A DNA stretch of 64,000 nucleotides, from assembly GCA_009914755.4 (NCBI GenBank), contig CP068257.2:14528001-14592000 (forward strand). Reading direction: 5' to 3'. Positions within the stretch are counted from its first letter, which is position 1. Each line of letters starts with the position of its first letter. The DNA comes from the human T2T-CHM13v2.0 reference genome, Homo sapiens. Below are positions 25,657 through 40,300 of the stretch, one piece after another. The notes under the pieces are model-generated. The model was not told the DNA's origin. It searched no databases and saw only the letters and a program-made list of their open reading frames with translations. The translations under genes were made by a program, and so were the position numbers.

Positions 25657-27622
25657 ACTGCTTCTTTTAACATTAGCTCTAATCTCTTTTTCTGGAACTC
25701 CATAATAGATATATGTTAAAGTTTCATAATATACATATTTCTTAAATTCTCTTTCACACTATTTTATATATCTATCTGTGCTGCACTTTTGGTGAATTAC
25801 TGAGACATCTTCCCATTTACTAATTCTTTTTTTGACTATGTCCACTCCAGAATTTATTTTTTTGACAATGTTTTTCTTTTCTGGAAATTTTAGTTGATTC
25901 TCATCGCCACTTCAAATGTTTTATTTCTACTTACTTTGTTACACATTGTATTGATGTTATTTCTTGTCTCTTCCAAAATCCTAGCATGCTTATTTTGAAG
26001 TTATTCTGAAACCGCTCTATTATTTTCATGTCTTCTGGAATAACTTCACTGAATGTTGTTTTTAAAATTTTGCTGGTGCCTTTTTATATCATTCTCTCAT
26101 GGCTTAGAATTTTGGTTTTCAGGCTTAACTGGAATGAGAAGGATTTAAAAATTCTCTCTCTCTCTCTCATTGCTAGCCCTTCTGCACCATTCCTATTGTC
26201 TTAGTGTTGGCTCTGTACCCTCTCGTTTCCCAGTCTATAATCTCTGCTAATGGGGATATCAAAAACCTAGTCACTAAATCAAAGAGCAGTCTGTCCCAGG
26301 ATGTGACTGTGAGATTATGGCTGCTTGCTTTGGCCTCCCCAAGAAAGCAGCTCTATGCAAGCCGTGGCTCCAGGAAAAGGGAGGTGTTAGTCAGTTGTTC
26401 GGCTTCCTCTTGTCTTACCTTCAGGTTTTAATCAGTAAGCTTGGCACTGATTATTACTCCCTGTGGGACACATGTGGCATCCAGTTACTTTGCAGATACA
26501 AGGATTGGCTTGCTTCTCATTCTAGACACCATCTGGTGCAGTGTACCTCACTTTGTGTTTATAGTTTATTTCTGGTATGTTTATCTTGTTTTTGACTATT
26601 ACTTTTCTTTTATATCACCTCTTTTAAAACTTATCTATTATTGTTACATGTTGGAAGCAAAGGCACGGGGCTCAAACCATATTATTGCAATGCCATCTTG
26701 ACAAGAGTTTTCAAAGCCATGGGCTTTGGAATCAGAAAACTTGGTTTCAAATTCTGACTCACTTATGATCTATGTGTTACCATAAGCAAAGTCTTTAATC
26801 TATTATAAACCTCCTTTTCCCTTGCAAATATTGATAGTAATGCCTACTTCGTATGACTGTTGTAAGCATTGAATGTGAAAAGATGTGGAAAGTAGTTAGG
26901 CCTGTGCTTAAACATTCTGTGCGTGCAAATTCTGGAGGTGGAGAAAAAGCAATTAAAACCAAAACAAAACTAGATGTTACTGATTATGTAATTAACAAAT
27001 GGTAATTGGAGTATCAAATAGACTTGCTTCTTGTATTCTGAGTGAAAGTAACACTATCATTTTTGATATCTAAAGCACATTTCTAAAGATGACTGCTGAC
27101 TGCATGAGTTTCCACAGGTGGATCAAAGCTCTGTTACACTATCCACCTACACCATTCACCTAATTCAGAGAATCTTAATAAAATGAAAAGCATTCTTCAG
27201 AATGACCCTTTAGGTATGGTTCTCTAAATCCATGTCACTTAAGACAGATGGAAAAGAAGAGAGAAGTGGCATGAGAACATGCTTGTGGCTTGATGAATAG
27301 TAATATATATACCACCCAGGTTGGGTTTCTGTAATAGTGAAAATGGGGAGGAGGGTGGTGATCTTTTGTAAGTGTTTCAGACAGTCTTGTTTTGTTGCTT
27401 TGTAGCTACTTTGTAATATTGTCTCTTTTAAAAACATATATTTTGATGACCTAGCATTCAAATTTATAGCATCAGCAAAGGGTAGGTTTAGTTGAGTGGG
27501 AAATGAAATTCTGAAAACAAAAAGTTTTAAAAATAAGAAAGATGGGGATGAAGATAAAGAAGCAGTAGTAGCAACTTGGAATTTGTCTTAGAATTTGAAA
27601 ATAGAAACAGGTTTCTAAGAAT

Positions 27623-27797
27623 CAGTCTTAGTCCATTTTCTGTTGCTATAACATGATACCACAGGCTGGGATAAATTATAAACCATAGATATTTATATGG
27701 CTCATGGTTCTGGAGGCTGGGAATTCCAAGAGAATGGCATTGGTGGAAGCAAGAATGTGAGACAGATGACAGCAGAGAGCCCGAGGGGTAGAGTCCC
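27623..27797 (-). mobile_element. MaLR-type LTR (MLT1/MST-like), 3' portion; the LTR is split by a nested L1
   Basis: CAGTCTTAGTCCATTTTCTGTTGCTATAACATGATACCACAGGCTGGGATAAATTATAAACCATAGATATTTATATGGCTCATGGTTCTGGAGGCTGGGAATTCCAAG is the reverse complement of the conserved MaLR LTR 3' end (..CCCAGCCTCCAGAACTGTGAG..ATAAA..TTATAAA..CCCAGTCTATGGTATTTTGTTATAGCA..GACTAAG). Confidence 0.6.
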
Positions 27798-28395
27798 TTT
27801 TTTAAAAAACTGTTTTCTATTTTAAGTTCTGGGATACATATGCAGGAAGTGTAGGTTTTTTAACATAGGTAAACATGTAACATGGTGGTTTGCTGCACCT
27901 GTCGACCCATAACCTAGGTATTAAGCCTAACATTCATTAGCTATTTTGCCTAATGCTCTCTCTCCCCACACCCCATCCCCCAGCAGGCCCTGGTGTGTGT
28001 TGTTCCCTTCCCTGTGTCCATGTATTCTCATTGTTCAGCTCCCATTTGTAAGTGAGAACATGTGGTGTTTGGTTCTCTGTTCCTGCCTTAGTTTGCTGAG
28101 GATAATGGCTTCCAGTCTCTGCAAAGGACATGATCTCATTCCTTTTTATGGCTGCATAGTATTCCATGGTGTATATGTACCACATTTTCTTTATCCAGTC
28201 TATCATTGATGGGCATTTGGGTTGATTCCATGTCTTTGCTATTGTGAATAGTGCTGCAGTGTACATATGCATGCATGTGTCTTTGCAATAGAATGATTTA
28301 TATTCCTTTGGGTATATACCCAGTACTGGGATTGCTGGGTCAGGTGGTATTTCTGGTTCTAGATCTTTGAGGATTCACCACACTGTCTTCCACAG
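27798..28395 (-). mobile_element. L1 LINE 3'-terminal fragment (~600 bp, ORF2 C-terminus plus 3'UTR), L1PA-like, nested in the LTR
   Basis: The reverse complement of 27798-27900 reads GGTGCAGCAAACCACCATGTTACATGTTTACCTATGTTAAAAAACCTACACTTCCTGCATATGTATCCCAGAACTTAAAATAGAAAACAGTTTTTTAAAAAA, which is the L1 3' end. The 111-aa minus-strand ORF at 27937-28272 is L1 ORF2p C-terminal sequence (..FTIAKTWNQPKCPSMIDWIKKMWYIYTMEYYAAIKRNEIMSFA..). Confidence 0.82.
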
Positions 28396-28734
28396 AGCTT
28401 GAACTAATTTACATTCCAACCAACAAAGAATATTTAAAGAATAAGCAGAAGATGCTCCTACAAATGGAAATGAAAGGAAGAAGCTAACCTGGTGGAAGGA
28501 AAGCCAGTGGTTTGGCCATACTGCCCGAAGTATGGCCTTACTGCCCAAGGATTCCCTTTTACAACAACCCGTTCTTACAATAACTAACCCAGCCCAGCAA
28601 TAACAATCCATTTATGGAGGACTCCACCCTCATGACCCAATCACTTCTTACTAAGCCCCACCTCTTAATACTGTTTCAATGGCAATTTAGTTTCCAATGT
28701 ATAAACTTTGGGGGACATATTTAAACCATAACAG
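28396..28734 (-). mobile_element. MaLR-type LTR, 5' portion, continuous with 27623-27797 once the nested L1 is removed; the combined LTR is about 514 bp
   Basis: The reverse complement begins TGTTATGGTTTAAATATGTCCCCCAAAGTTTATACATTGGAAACTAAATTGCCATTGAAACAGTATTAAGAGGTGGGGCTTAGTAAGAAGTGATTGGGTCATGAGGGTGGAGTCCTCCATAAATGGATT.., which is typical of the MaLR LTR 5' region. Confidence 0.6.
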
Positions 28735-29781
28735 AAGCTATTGTCAATATGTCCTCAGGTAGGACATTTATGAAATAAGCATTTTATTTTTCTTTCTTAC
28801 CACTGGGTTTCCTTCCACCAGATTAGCTTATTTCTTTCATTTCCATTTGAAGGCACATCTTCTGCTCATTCTTTAAATATTCATGAACTTCACTGCTTTT
28901 TCCTGGGTTGCCCTCTCTTACTTTTCTTTCTCCTTTGTTCATCTCATCCATCTCCGTAACTTCAGATACCATTATAAGCCCATCTCTAGCCTGTTTCTTG
29001 CTCTCAAACTTTAAGCCAGTATATTCAGTTAGCCACAGGCACTTCATCCTCAAGACGTCTGAATTCAAATAATCATCTTTTTGCCAGAATCTTTTACCAT
29101 GTCAATCCATCATCCACCTGGTTGCACAAAACAGAAACAAGATACGAACTTTGTCTTCTCTCTTTCTGTCTCTACAACATTTAAGGCTTTTGAAATATTG
29201 ATTTCTAACCATTTCTATTTTTAATCATTTTTTTAAATCACAGCTACACATTTCTTACTATATGATTAATGGTGGACCACTTCAGAGTTGTATCACTTGA
29301 GGACAAGGAAGCTGGGGTGTGTATCTGAAACTCCTTTCTGTCATTGGTTGAAGGTTACTCCTGTGACCATGAATTCTAGAATCCCAGCCCATCTCAAGGC
29401 AACCCTAGCATGTTCTTGGCTAGAGAACACCCTCAGGCAGAGAGTGGCAGGTGCTTGCAGTAAAACATCCTCAATGTGTAAGGAAAATATAAGTGCCAAG
29501 GTTATATGAGAACACCGAAAACATCTGCATTGCACATTTCAGAGGCATTTAAGTTGTTTCTATGTGTTTGCTATTTCAAACAGCATTGCAAAGAACACAA
29601 TTATATATGCACCCTTGTGAACATGTATCAAATTTTTCTTAGGATAATACCCAAAGTGGAATTTATATGTTGTGAGATATATGTGGTCTCAATTTTACCA
29701 CTTTTCCAATCACTCTCTAAAATACTGAAATTTCTCTCCAAGGGTAGTGGACAAATTTCTATTTCCATCAGCAGTTGCTAG

Positions 29782-30167
<386 letters not shown>

Positions 30168-30984
30168 TGATATTTTAAGGCTTTTAAAATTTTCATATTT
30201 TTGATTCTAAATGAAAACAGAAAGATATCTAGTAAATCTCTGAAATGAAGTGAGCGATGGAGACCTTATATACAAAATGCAATACATTCATCATTTTTAT
30301 TATAAATGTATCTTTATTTATTCAAGTGTTCTCTTCAGTGAAGTGCTTCCTTATAACTTTGACAATCTTTATTAAATTGTTTATCTTTTTTTATTGACTT
30401 TTTGGCATTTGCTATATACATTCTGAGTGCTGATACTTTGTCTTATATGTTTCAAATAATGTCTCCAAGGCTATCCCTTGATTTTAAACTTTTGTTATGT
30501 TTTTCTTATAAAGAAGGTGTTAGAAATTTTAATTATTTTTAAGATAAACATATTCATGTTGAAATCACAAAAGTAGACAAATATATAGAGTGAAAAGTCT
30601 CCCCACCATCCTTGTTTCTCATCCACTCCGCTCCCACTGGCCCCTTGTGGGTTCTTTGACTATAAACCAAATAAAAGCATACAATTTACACCTCCTTCAA
30701 TTACATACAGTGTTTTAAACCCTGCTTTTGTCATGCAATGTACTGTGGAGATATTTCAAGATATGTAAGGAACTGTGCTTCATTCTATGAGGGATGAAAA
30801 TATGAACACAATACACAGCCTATCCACTGAAAGATTAGTCTGTCATACCATGTTGAGAGAGTCATAAAACACTGGGAATTCCAAGGGGAGATATTTCTTT
30901 CCAACTGAAAGAATATTCTTCAGAACAGTTGAGAATCATGCATCAAGGAGATACAGTTTACTTCAACACCAGAATTTTTTTTAA

Positions 30985-31298
<314 letters not shown>

Positions 31299-33499
31299 CT
31301 CCAGCATCTTAAACATTAAGCTTTCTATAGCTGAGAAAAGTGTAGCAAATTTATAATTGAAGAAAATATATATTAAGAACCTAGTACATATCAAACACTG
31401 TGAGAGGTATGAGGGATGTAAAAGTGAACAAGGCAGATAGTCCTTGATTTTGTGGGAGGTAAAGGCTGAGAGTTGAACTGCAATGAAGATATGGTGGATA
31501 AAGTGTGTTAATAAAAAGGTATTGGGGGTGTAGCATGTGGACAGGGTGCATGGGTTTCAGATGGAGTCTTGTTGAAAGAGTAGAGAGATATGTAAGTGAG
31601 AGTAAGCAATGTTCCAGACAGAGGAAAGAGATATGAAATATTATAAAATTGAGAGTCTGGTGAGCTTGAGAAACTGCAAAAAGTTTAAATTGTATGGAGC
31701 ACCAAGTGCTGGGAGTGGCAAAGGGCTGAGAAGGAGGTTTGGAGATAAATACTGGCTCCCTCCTGAAAGGTCTAGTTTGGATTATCCTAAGGGCACTAGA
31801 GACAAATCTGAAGGGTTTAATAAGGTTGGCAAATGGTTGTATATTTTCTTTATTTAGATAGGAAAATATCCTGGAACATGAGTGGTAGTTAAACCAAGAT
31901 AATATGTGCCATTTCTCAAGAATTTTTTTTAATGCTGTTACTGTAGTTACTTAGAGGATTCGAAGATAGGCTTCAGAGTTATTAAAAACTACCAGCGTTT
32001 ATATGCTGTATAAGCACTAGTATAAAGAAGAATATATGTACATATCCTTTATTAAATTCTCAAACATTTCATTGATTGAAACATTGAAAAATCACTAGAT
32101 TAAATTAAGAACAGTGGTTGACCAGAAAAGTACCCTTAAGAACCTTTAAGAAAAGAACCTTTAAGAAAATATTTAAGTTCAGAGAAATAACAGAGAGAAT
32201 CATGGAAGCCAAGTGCATGAAAGAAGAAAAAGATTCCAAAATTAAGTCCTTTACATAAAACAGTTAAATTCCCTCATGGTACAAGCCAGCCTTTCTGTGC
32301 TAATGGGGCCGTTCTGCTCCTCAAGGTAATTCAGGAGCCCAGGTTTCTTTCACCTTGTTGCTCTCTCATCCCATAATATGTTGCCTTTTAGGTTGCAGAC
32401 ATCACTGAGTTCACATATGAAGAGAAAAAGAGCCAAGTTTCGGAGACCACAGCCTGTCTTTAACTTGAAGACAGCCTAGAAATTAAACACAGTATTTCTA
32501 TTCTACTCATCTAATTGTAGTTACACAGTCACAACTGCATATGAGAAAAGTTGGGAAATGTGGTTTCTAGCTGGAAAGTCATGTCTTTAAGAAGAGGGAC
32601 AATGAATTTTAGGTGAATAACAAGCAGTTGTCACACCAACCTTTTAAGTTTCAAAAACTATTGAGTGATTAAATAAGTTTACATACTCATTAAACAAGTA
32701 TTTATCAAGTGATTGCTGTATTTGGTTGATTATTCTATGTGATAGCAATATAGACTTTTTTTTTTAAGAAAATCATTACCAAGTGGTACATATTTTAGAA
32801 AGGAGAGATAGGTGTTAACCAAATTACCAAATAAATATGTGGATAAATTAAGAAGTAATAAGTATTAAGAAAAAAATAAATTTAAAGAATAGAGGGGCTG
32901 TTTTCAGATAGAATAGTTAGAGAAGGGCTTTAGGTTAAAAATTGCAAAACGTTCTTTAAAGGATACAAAATTGAGATCTCCCTCCTTGGTCGAGATTTTG
33001 CAGTTGAGTTGCAAGCTTAGAATAGTAGTTGAAATAGGGCAGGGAGCGTAGCTCATTGGAAGGAGATTCAGAGTTAAAGTCCAAGGAGTGTTATCTTTTT
33101 AATGAGTTTGGGGGCCGTGATTACAGCTTAATGAACAAATGCATGCAGAAATGAGATTGTTGAGATACTTGTGCTGACAGGAAGGAGGGAATGATGGGTA
33201 AATAAGAAGTTAGCAAAGCTACTGAGAGTGAGGGTTGTGTGGACTGATTCCAGTTCTTGATGTAGTCACATAAAGGCACGGAGTTGTTATGGAAACCCTC
33301 CAGGAAGTTGAGAAGTCCGAGTCTAGTAGGGGAGGTGTGTCATGAGACTGAACCTGTGCTAGGGCTTCTCTAGCTGTGTGCACTGGAAGGGTACCTATAC
33401 TAGGTAAAGAGGAGGTGGCAATGAGAGAGGTTTAAGTGAGGAATGTAATGTCTATTCTACATAGCAAAAGAAATAGTCTTTCAGAAGAGAACTGACTGG

Positions 33500-33825
33500 G
33501 AGGCGGGCATGTGGCTCATGACTGTAATCCCAGCATTTTGAGAAGCCGAGGTGGGTGGATCACTTGAGCTCAAGAGTTTGAGACCAGCCTGGCAAACATG
33601 GTGAAACCCCATCTCTACTAAAAATACAAAAATTAGCTGGGCCTGGTGGCGCATGCCTGTAATCCCAGCTACTGGGGAGGTTGAGGCAGGAGAATCACTT
33701 GAACCCCGAAGCCGGAGGTTGCAGTGAGTGGAGGTGGTGCTGTTGCAGTGAGCTGAGAATGTGCCACTGTACTCCAGCCTGGGCAACAGAGAAAGACTCT
33801 GTCTCAGAAAAAAAAAAAAAAAATG
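33500..33825 (+). mobile_element. Alu SINE, full length, AluS-like
   Basis: GGGAGGCGGGCATGTGGCTCATGACTGTAATCCCAGCATTTTGAGAAGCCGAGGTGGGTGGATCAC..CTCCAGCCTGGGCAACAGAGAAAGACTCTGTCTCAG followed by A16. An exact 18-bp TSD CAGAAGAGAACTGACTGG lies at 33482-33499 and 33829-33846. Confidence 0.92.
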
Positions 33826-35538
33826 TGGCAGAAGAGAACTGACTGGAACCACATGCTCCAGTTCTAGATGATGCCTGAATTTGTAAAGAGACTAAAAATG
33901 TGTTCCAGATTATATTTTTCGTGACAGGTTTTTTTCTTTTTAATTTAATATTTAAAATTCTAAACTTTTAATTTAGTTGACTCTCTTGATTTTGTTGTGT
34001 GGGGATTGTTGTGTAGAGCTGTAAATTCATGGTCACAGTTATAAAGTTAGGTAGATAAGTCATAAAAAATATTAAGAAATTAAAACCCTCAGTGAATCTC
34101 TATTATATTCTGCATTTTTTTTTGTTAACATCAGCCGGTTCCTAGTGGATTTATTGATTTTATTTCATGTAATAACTAGGGAAACATGTATTCCTGAAAA
34201 AAATTAAATAATGTTTAAAAGCTATTTATTGATATAGTTCATTTAGCATCATATGCATGATCTTTTATAGTCCATTCCTCCGTAGATACTACATCATAGA
34301 GCAACCAGCCTTCTTGGCTAGTATATTTTTCTTGATAACTTGGTTTCAATTTTTTTTTCGTCCTTTATGTGTGGATATTTGCATATTCCTATTTCTACTT
34401 CCATCTTTGTATTAGAAATGACTTCAGATATAAAGAAACTATGGCCAGAGCTATAAGGATTTTTGCCTTTTGAAGGTAATACCTTGATATCGTGACATTT
34501 TCTATGATTTTAAGCTTTTTAGTTTTTATCATTTTATATAAAGTATTAATCATTTCTGTTTATTTGCTGGTTCTTGGATTACTCCAAAAATATCTAATAT
34601 AGACCTTTTGAGGCATTGCTATTGTTGTTTACTTGTTTCTAAGCAAGCCCATTTTCTCTAGTATTTATTTTTTATTAGTTATTTGTTAAATAACTAATAA
34701 AACTGTTATTTATTATTTATTAGTTTGTCTTTCCTCCAAGGACATGAACATGTCTTTAATATTTTCTCCTGTTCTTTTTTCAGTTGCATTAACTTGTCTT
34801 ATTTGACTTCTCTTACCTTTCTTTCTGCAAAGTGTAGCTGATTTCTGCATTCACGTCTCATAATTTGTTACTTTGGAGTGAAAGTCCTGTTTGCCTTCAG
34901 CTCTTAGCAAAATCTGTCTTTCATTACCCTATTTGTATTGCCACTTCTTGGTGCTTTAAAATTCTTCTACACTGTTCCCCATTGCTGACACAGTTCCTCT
35001 CCTCAGCAGAAATTTTACTCCACTCTCTGTAAAATATCTGTCTCAACAAAGAAGAGGTAAACGTTTTAAATCTTGAAGCTCAATATGGTATTCTTTGACA
35101 TCAGTCTCTTCTATGTTAAGTTTTGATATCTTATAGCAACATTTAAATGACTTTCTTATTGTTCTCATCTTCTCAATCAATATTTTCTTGTCAGTCAGAT
35201 TTAAATTAGCAAGATTAGATTTCATATATTCTTGAAGGCAGGATATCACAAAACAATTTAGCAAGCTGTTTGCAATCAATATTATTTATATATTCACACA
35301 CTAGAGATTACATAGGGACAAATATAACAGGAATATGGCCCAAATCATCTAGATTTAGAGCCCTTTAATCAACATTTAGAATTATTTACTTCTGTGGGTA
35401 GAAGAAATTATCGATATTTACTAAATGTTATTAACTTTTTAATCACTGTTATGCCTTTAGCAAATAAATTTATTTATGTATTGGGTGATTAGAAATGACT
35501 AGCTACAAACAGATATGTAGAAAAGGGACATTGATACT

Positions 35539-35540
<2 letters not shown>

Positions 35541-35571
<31 letters not shown>
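35541..35571. repeat. (CA)n microsatellite, about 14 units
   Basis: CACATACACACACACACACACACACACACA is directly visible. Confidence 0.95.
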
Positions 35572-36963
35572 TGCAAAGACTAATAGTGACAGATACATGT
35601 ACATAGAGAGATATACACATATCATACTTTATGGAATGCTATATTCCATATTTCATCTGCATAAGTCACTGATATACTTTAAGTTAAATCATGACAAAAT
35701 GAATTGTATGGTTTGAAAGTTCCAGAATGCACCATTAAAAAGGAGGAATCAGAGTGTGTATTCATTGGAATTCTTATTTTAAAGATTAATTATTAATGAA
35801 TCAAGTAATTTCAAAGTAATATTAATCCTTTTCAGGAAAATTTGAGTGGGCTGACTTTCTTTAATATCTTTGAAGCCAGGGAATTCAGTTTTTTAACATA
35901 GGGAAAATTTTGTATTCATCATCAATTTTGGAGCTTCCAATCTTTCCCTGGTACTTGCTAGTTATAGGGGCTCACAGATAACTAAGATGGTTGTATCTTT
36001 TTAGTCCATTTCATTTTGAAGAATGTGTGACTATTGCTTTTCATGACACTGTGTCTCATTTATTTTTAATTTTTTCAAATAATGACAATCTAGATGAACT
36101 TTTTGGGATTAGTGGGTGTTTAAATTTGTTTTAAGAGGGGCAATGCTACATGTTGCCTATCAGCAATCCAGAATTTTTTACATGTCTAATCACTTTACAG
36201 CCACTATGGAAGGTGCTTTGGGATCTAGAGCCAACTATCTGAGCTATAATTCCTATTCACACATTGCTGAGTTGCAGTAGGGAGGGTTAACTAAGAGAGC
36301 TTCCTTAATGCTTTATAGAAAAAAGCAGAATATAAATAGGTTTATTCAGAGGATAAAAGATTACCAAATGAATGTTAGAGATGTAGGAAGCAAGGCAAGA
36401 ACATTCTGGATTGACTGATAATAAACAATGTATGTGAGAGCAAATAATGTAAGAGCAAAACATTTGTTTGACTTTGAGTGATGGCAAAGATTGGAATATA
36501 TGGCTAGGAGTTTAAAAGTTTAGTCAAATGGATTTAGTGGTCAGTGAGAAGGTCTGAAGAACCAATTCCATACAGAGGTAGCAAATCCCAGAAGAGTAAC
36601 AGTGTCCAAATGGAGAAATTGTTAAATCTAAGCAGCAGCAAAAGGCTGGGTTCAGCATTGGAGGAAAGACGAGATGGCCATGCCAGCCAAGGTAAAGTCG
36701 TTCCAGCCAAGTTATCCCAGACTAAAACCAGGAGAAAACAGAAGTAAGATTTAGTTCTAAGGGACAGGATTGTAGGGAACAGTTATGACCCCTGTTATAT
36801 ATAAAGTACGGACTGGGGACCTTCTAGTTCACAGACATTTTTGCCAAATTGGTAAAAGTTCTCTTATAAAATCTTTAACTCTAGGAAAATATAATTCTCA
36901 AACACATGAGGGTAAATTCTTCTGTTCTATAAGATGATGGACATAGAAATTATGGGAAGCCAA

Positions 36964-37395
<432 letters not shown>

Positions 37396-40300
37396 CTAAA
37401 AACTTCAGCTGACAGTTTCAGTCTCACCCAGTTCAAGGGCAAAGGCTACTGGGCCAGTGGCTCATCGACTTATTGTTTCCAGGGGAGACGTAAGACAGTC
37501 TGGAGGATGAGGAGTTAGTCTGGAAAAGTGAAGAGGGCCTGCTATAGATACAGAAACTGATGGGTAGCATCCATAGTTGGAGCACAGGTGCAGAGGGTGT
37601 GTTCCTCTGACACAGGGCAACTTGTGGTGGAGTTTGACTTAGAAGTGAGATTGTTTGGGGGATGAAAAGGGAAAGATAGATATGAAAAGAAAATTTCCAA
37701 ATAGCAAATATATTGGTCTTCTGCTGAAAATGGCTAGAACGGACATATAAACTCTGAGAAACAGGAAATTCAGGAAAGGAGCTAATGGTAGAGAGACTAG
37801 AGGAGCTTAGTTTGGGAAATAATAAGTTTGTGAGGGGTGATAAGAAAGCCGAGAGGCAAGTCCTTTTGGCAGTTGCAAGCAATGAAGGAGAGAAGTCAAA
37901 CCTGGAGATGCGTATTTTAAGAGCCTATCTCAAATGTGCAGATCATACTGGTTTTCATATATGATTTTAAAAAAAGTTAAGAAAACATACGTTCTTTAAA
38001 ATGCAATAAGGTTGTATAATATTCTCTCTGGACCAGTAATTCACACAGCCATCACAACACAAGTAAAACATGCTAATATCTTCTGGTAAACTACCTTTCA
38101 CAATTCAATTAGATAGGTATTGTACCAGCTCCATTTCTTAATGTGTTCGTTTATCTCAAATGCAACAGTGTGGTAGGATTGTATGTGCCTGGAGACCCTG
38201 AGCATAGAAACAGGGGAGAAGAGAAATGCATTAATAAGTACAAGGCTTAAACTAAATATAAAGAATTTCAATATCACGAACATATAATAGCTTTAATCAT
38301 GCTTGTTCTCAAACATTATTTATGGCAGCGGTTTATGTGATTTTACTTAATTAAAAATTAGGTAAACTGATTTTTAAAAATGTATATATAAAGAAAGCAA
38401 GCTATTATTTCTTTGAAAACTGAGCTTTTGCTTTGGCAAGTCTTGATAAAAGTAAGTCTCTAAGAAGTATTTCCATTGCATAAAGTATGGACAATACAAA
38501 TGTAAAAGACTACACAAATTATAAAAATTCAGATGTCTGTACTGAAATTTTTTTCTCTAGTGACTAAATTCTCCATTCATTTAAAAATATATTAAATTCA
38601 AAATTATTGATGGGGCAGTTTATACACAAAAAGCAATAGCAATAAAATTATGCTTGATGGGCACACAGGTAAAGAAAACTTTAACTATATAAATATACAC
38701 ATATATACATATGTCTACATTAATAACATTATTTATTATAGTCTCCATTGTAATAATTGGCTGACCAATCAGCAGACTTGCTGTGTTATAAGGATATATC
38801 AGCTGATGTAATAGATAAAACCCCAGCTTCTTAGAGGTTCAGAGCTTGTTCAGATTACAATCCACGCAGTATGCCTTGGACAGTTTTTTACTCCCTGATT
38901 CAAAGACTGAAGTTCTTTCCATCTTGTAGCTCCACCAATAGCAACTTCCACAGTTGCTATTGAAGTATTAGTTCACACATGGGGAAATTTTATGGTCTGG
39001 ACCTGGAGCAGACCCATATATACTCCACTCTTCAGTGCCCAGCCACATGGCCATACCTTGCTCAGGTGAATCTGGGCAATGTCATCTCTCTGTGTCCCTC
39101 ATGAGAGCCAGATAACACACGTAGGATAACTTTGGTTGTATGTACAAACTCTGAGCCAGGCACTGTGGAGAGCACTTCTACAACCAGTATACATTTTCTA
39201 CCCTCTAGATTCTTAGTAGTTACGGAACAGAACTTTCCGTAAGTCAGTGTTAATGCAAGGCTGGATTTATTAGCTTATACAGTAGAGGGATAAAGACTTT
39301 CTCATAAGGAGAAACTTTTTGCAAGGGGCAGTATTGGAACAGAGCTTGAAGCATAGGCAGGGACTCGTCATCAGCAGAGATAGAGGCTACAGCATGAAAA
39401 GTGACATGACAACAGGAAACTATAAAATGGCCAGAGATGAGATTCTATGATAGGGGCAGAGATAAAGATATCTGAAAGATATTTGTGGACTATCACATGA
39501 CAGGCCTTAAGCACCCTATTTATAGTTCAGGAGTCACTTCAAAATCTGCAGCAAATGCTTGAGAAAGAAAGCAGTGTTCAGAACAAGTAGAATGGAAAGA
39601 AATTAGGAATGGGAGTAGTGCAGAGCAGCTTGAACTAATGCACTGGGAATGGAAACGAGAGAACAGGCAAAACATTTGAGAAAGTCGATTTGAAAAGGCA
39701 GATTGTTTGTGTTGGTGAGTAATCCAGAGATTTTGTATTTCACTGACAGAGTGTTCTCAATCGTTAATCCTTGGGAATTATTTGATGAGTTCCAAAGGGC
39801 ACTAACAGCTAACAGTCGATCTCATTAACTAAGGATCTGTTAAAACCTGCCAAGGCAAGAATTTTTTCTGGGTTTGACAATGACGTCTCTGAAAGCCTTG
39901 AACTTGAAGAGAAGCACAGTAAAAATATCTTCTGTTATAGCCACAAGTTACCACATTTTGCAAAACAAAACTGAATAATAAATTATATAGGATAGACCAT
40001 GCCCCCACCTTTTTAAAAACTCATTAAAAAGTCTTTTTTATCTTTGTTTTTCCTTAACCAAAATTATATGGCTCTAATCTTCATTCTACATTCTCTTCTA
40101 GAGTTATGGTCAGGGTATAGATATTTTTTGAAATGATACTGAAAGGTAACATTTCAGAGAGTTTGAAGGCATTATGAGTCTTGATTCTGCTAGACTTCAG
40201 TGAAGGAAAAGGTAATATTGGAGTTCTTCTTCAATGGCACCTGTAAGTCTCATCTGCATAATCAAGAATACTGTATTCACACCATAAAGGGCACTCTTGA

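Noticed and set aside
33481-33852. 123-aa ORF (also 10144-10581 at 145 aa, 60991-61407 at 138 aa, 47637-47930, 29791-30040 and 31021-31206)
   Set aside because: All lie inside Alu elements or their adjacent microsatellites. The peptides are the familiar Alu-frame translations (..[31 protein letters not shown].. / ..[13 protein letters not shown]..).
37433-37882. 149-aa minus-strand ORF, the longest non-repeat ORF in the window
   Set aside because: The + strand here is strongly purine-rich, so the minus strand is pyrimidine-rich and nearly stop-free by composition. The predicted peptide is low-complexity S/L/P/F-rich. It has no start context and no splice signals and I recognise no similarity to anything.
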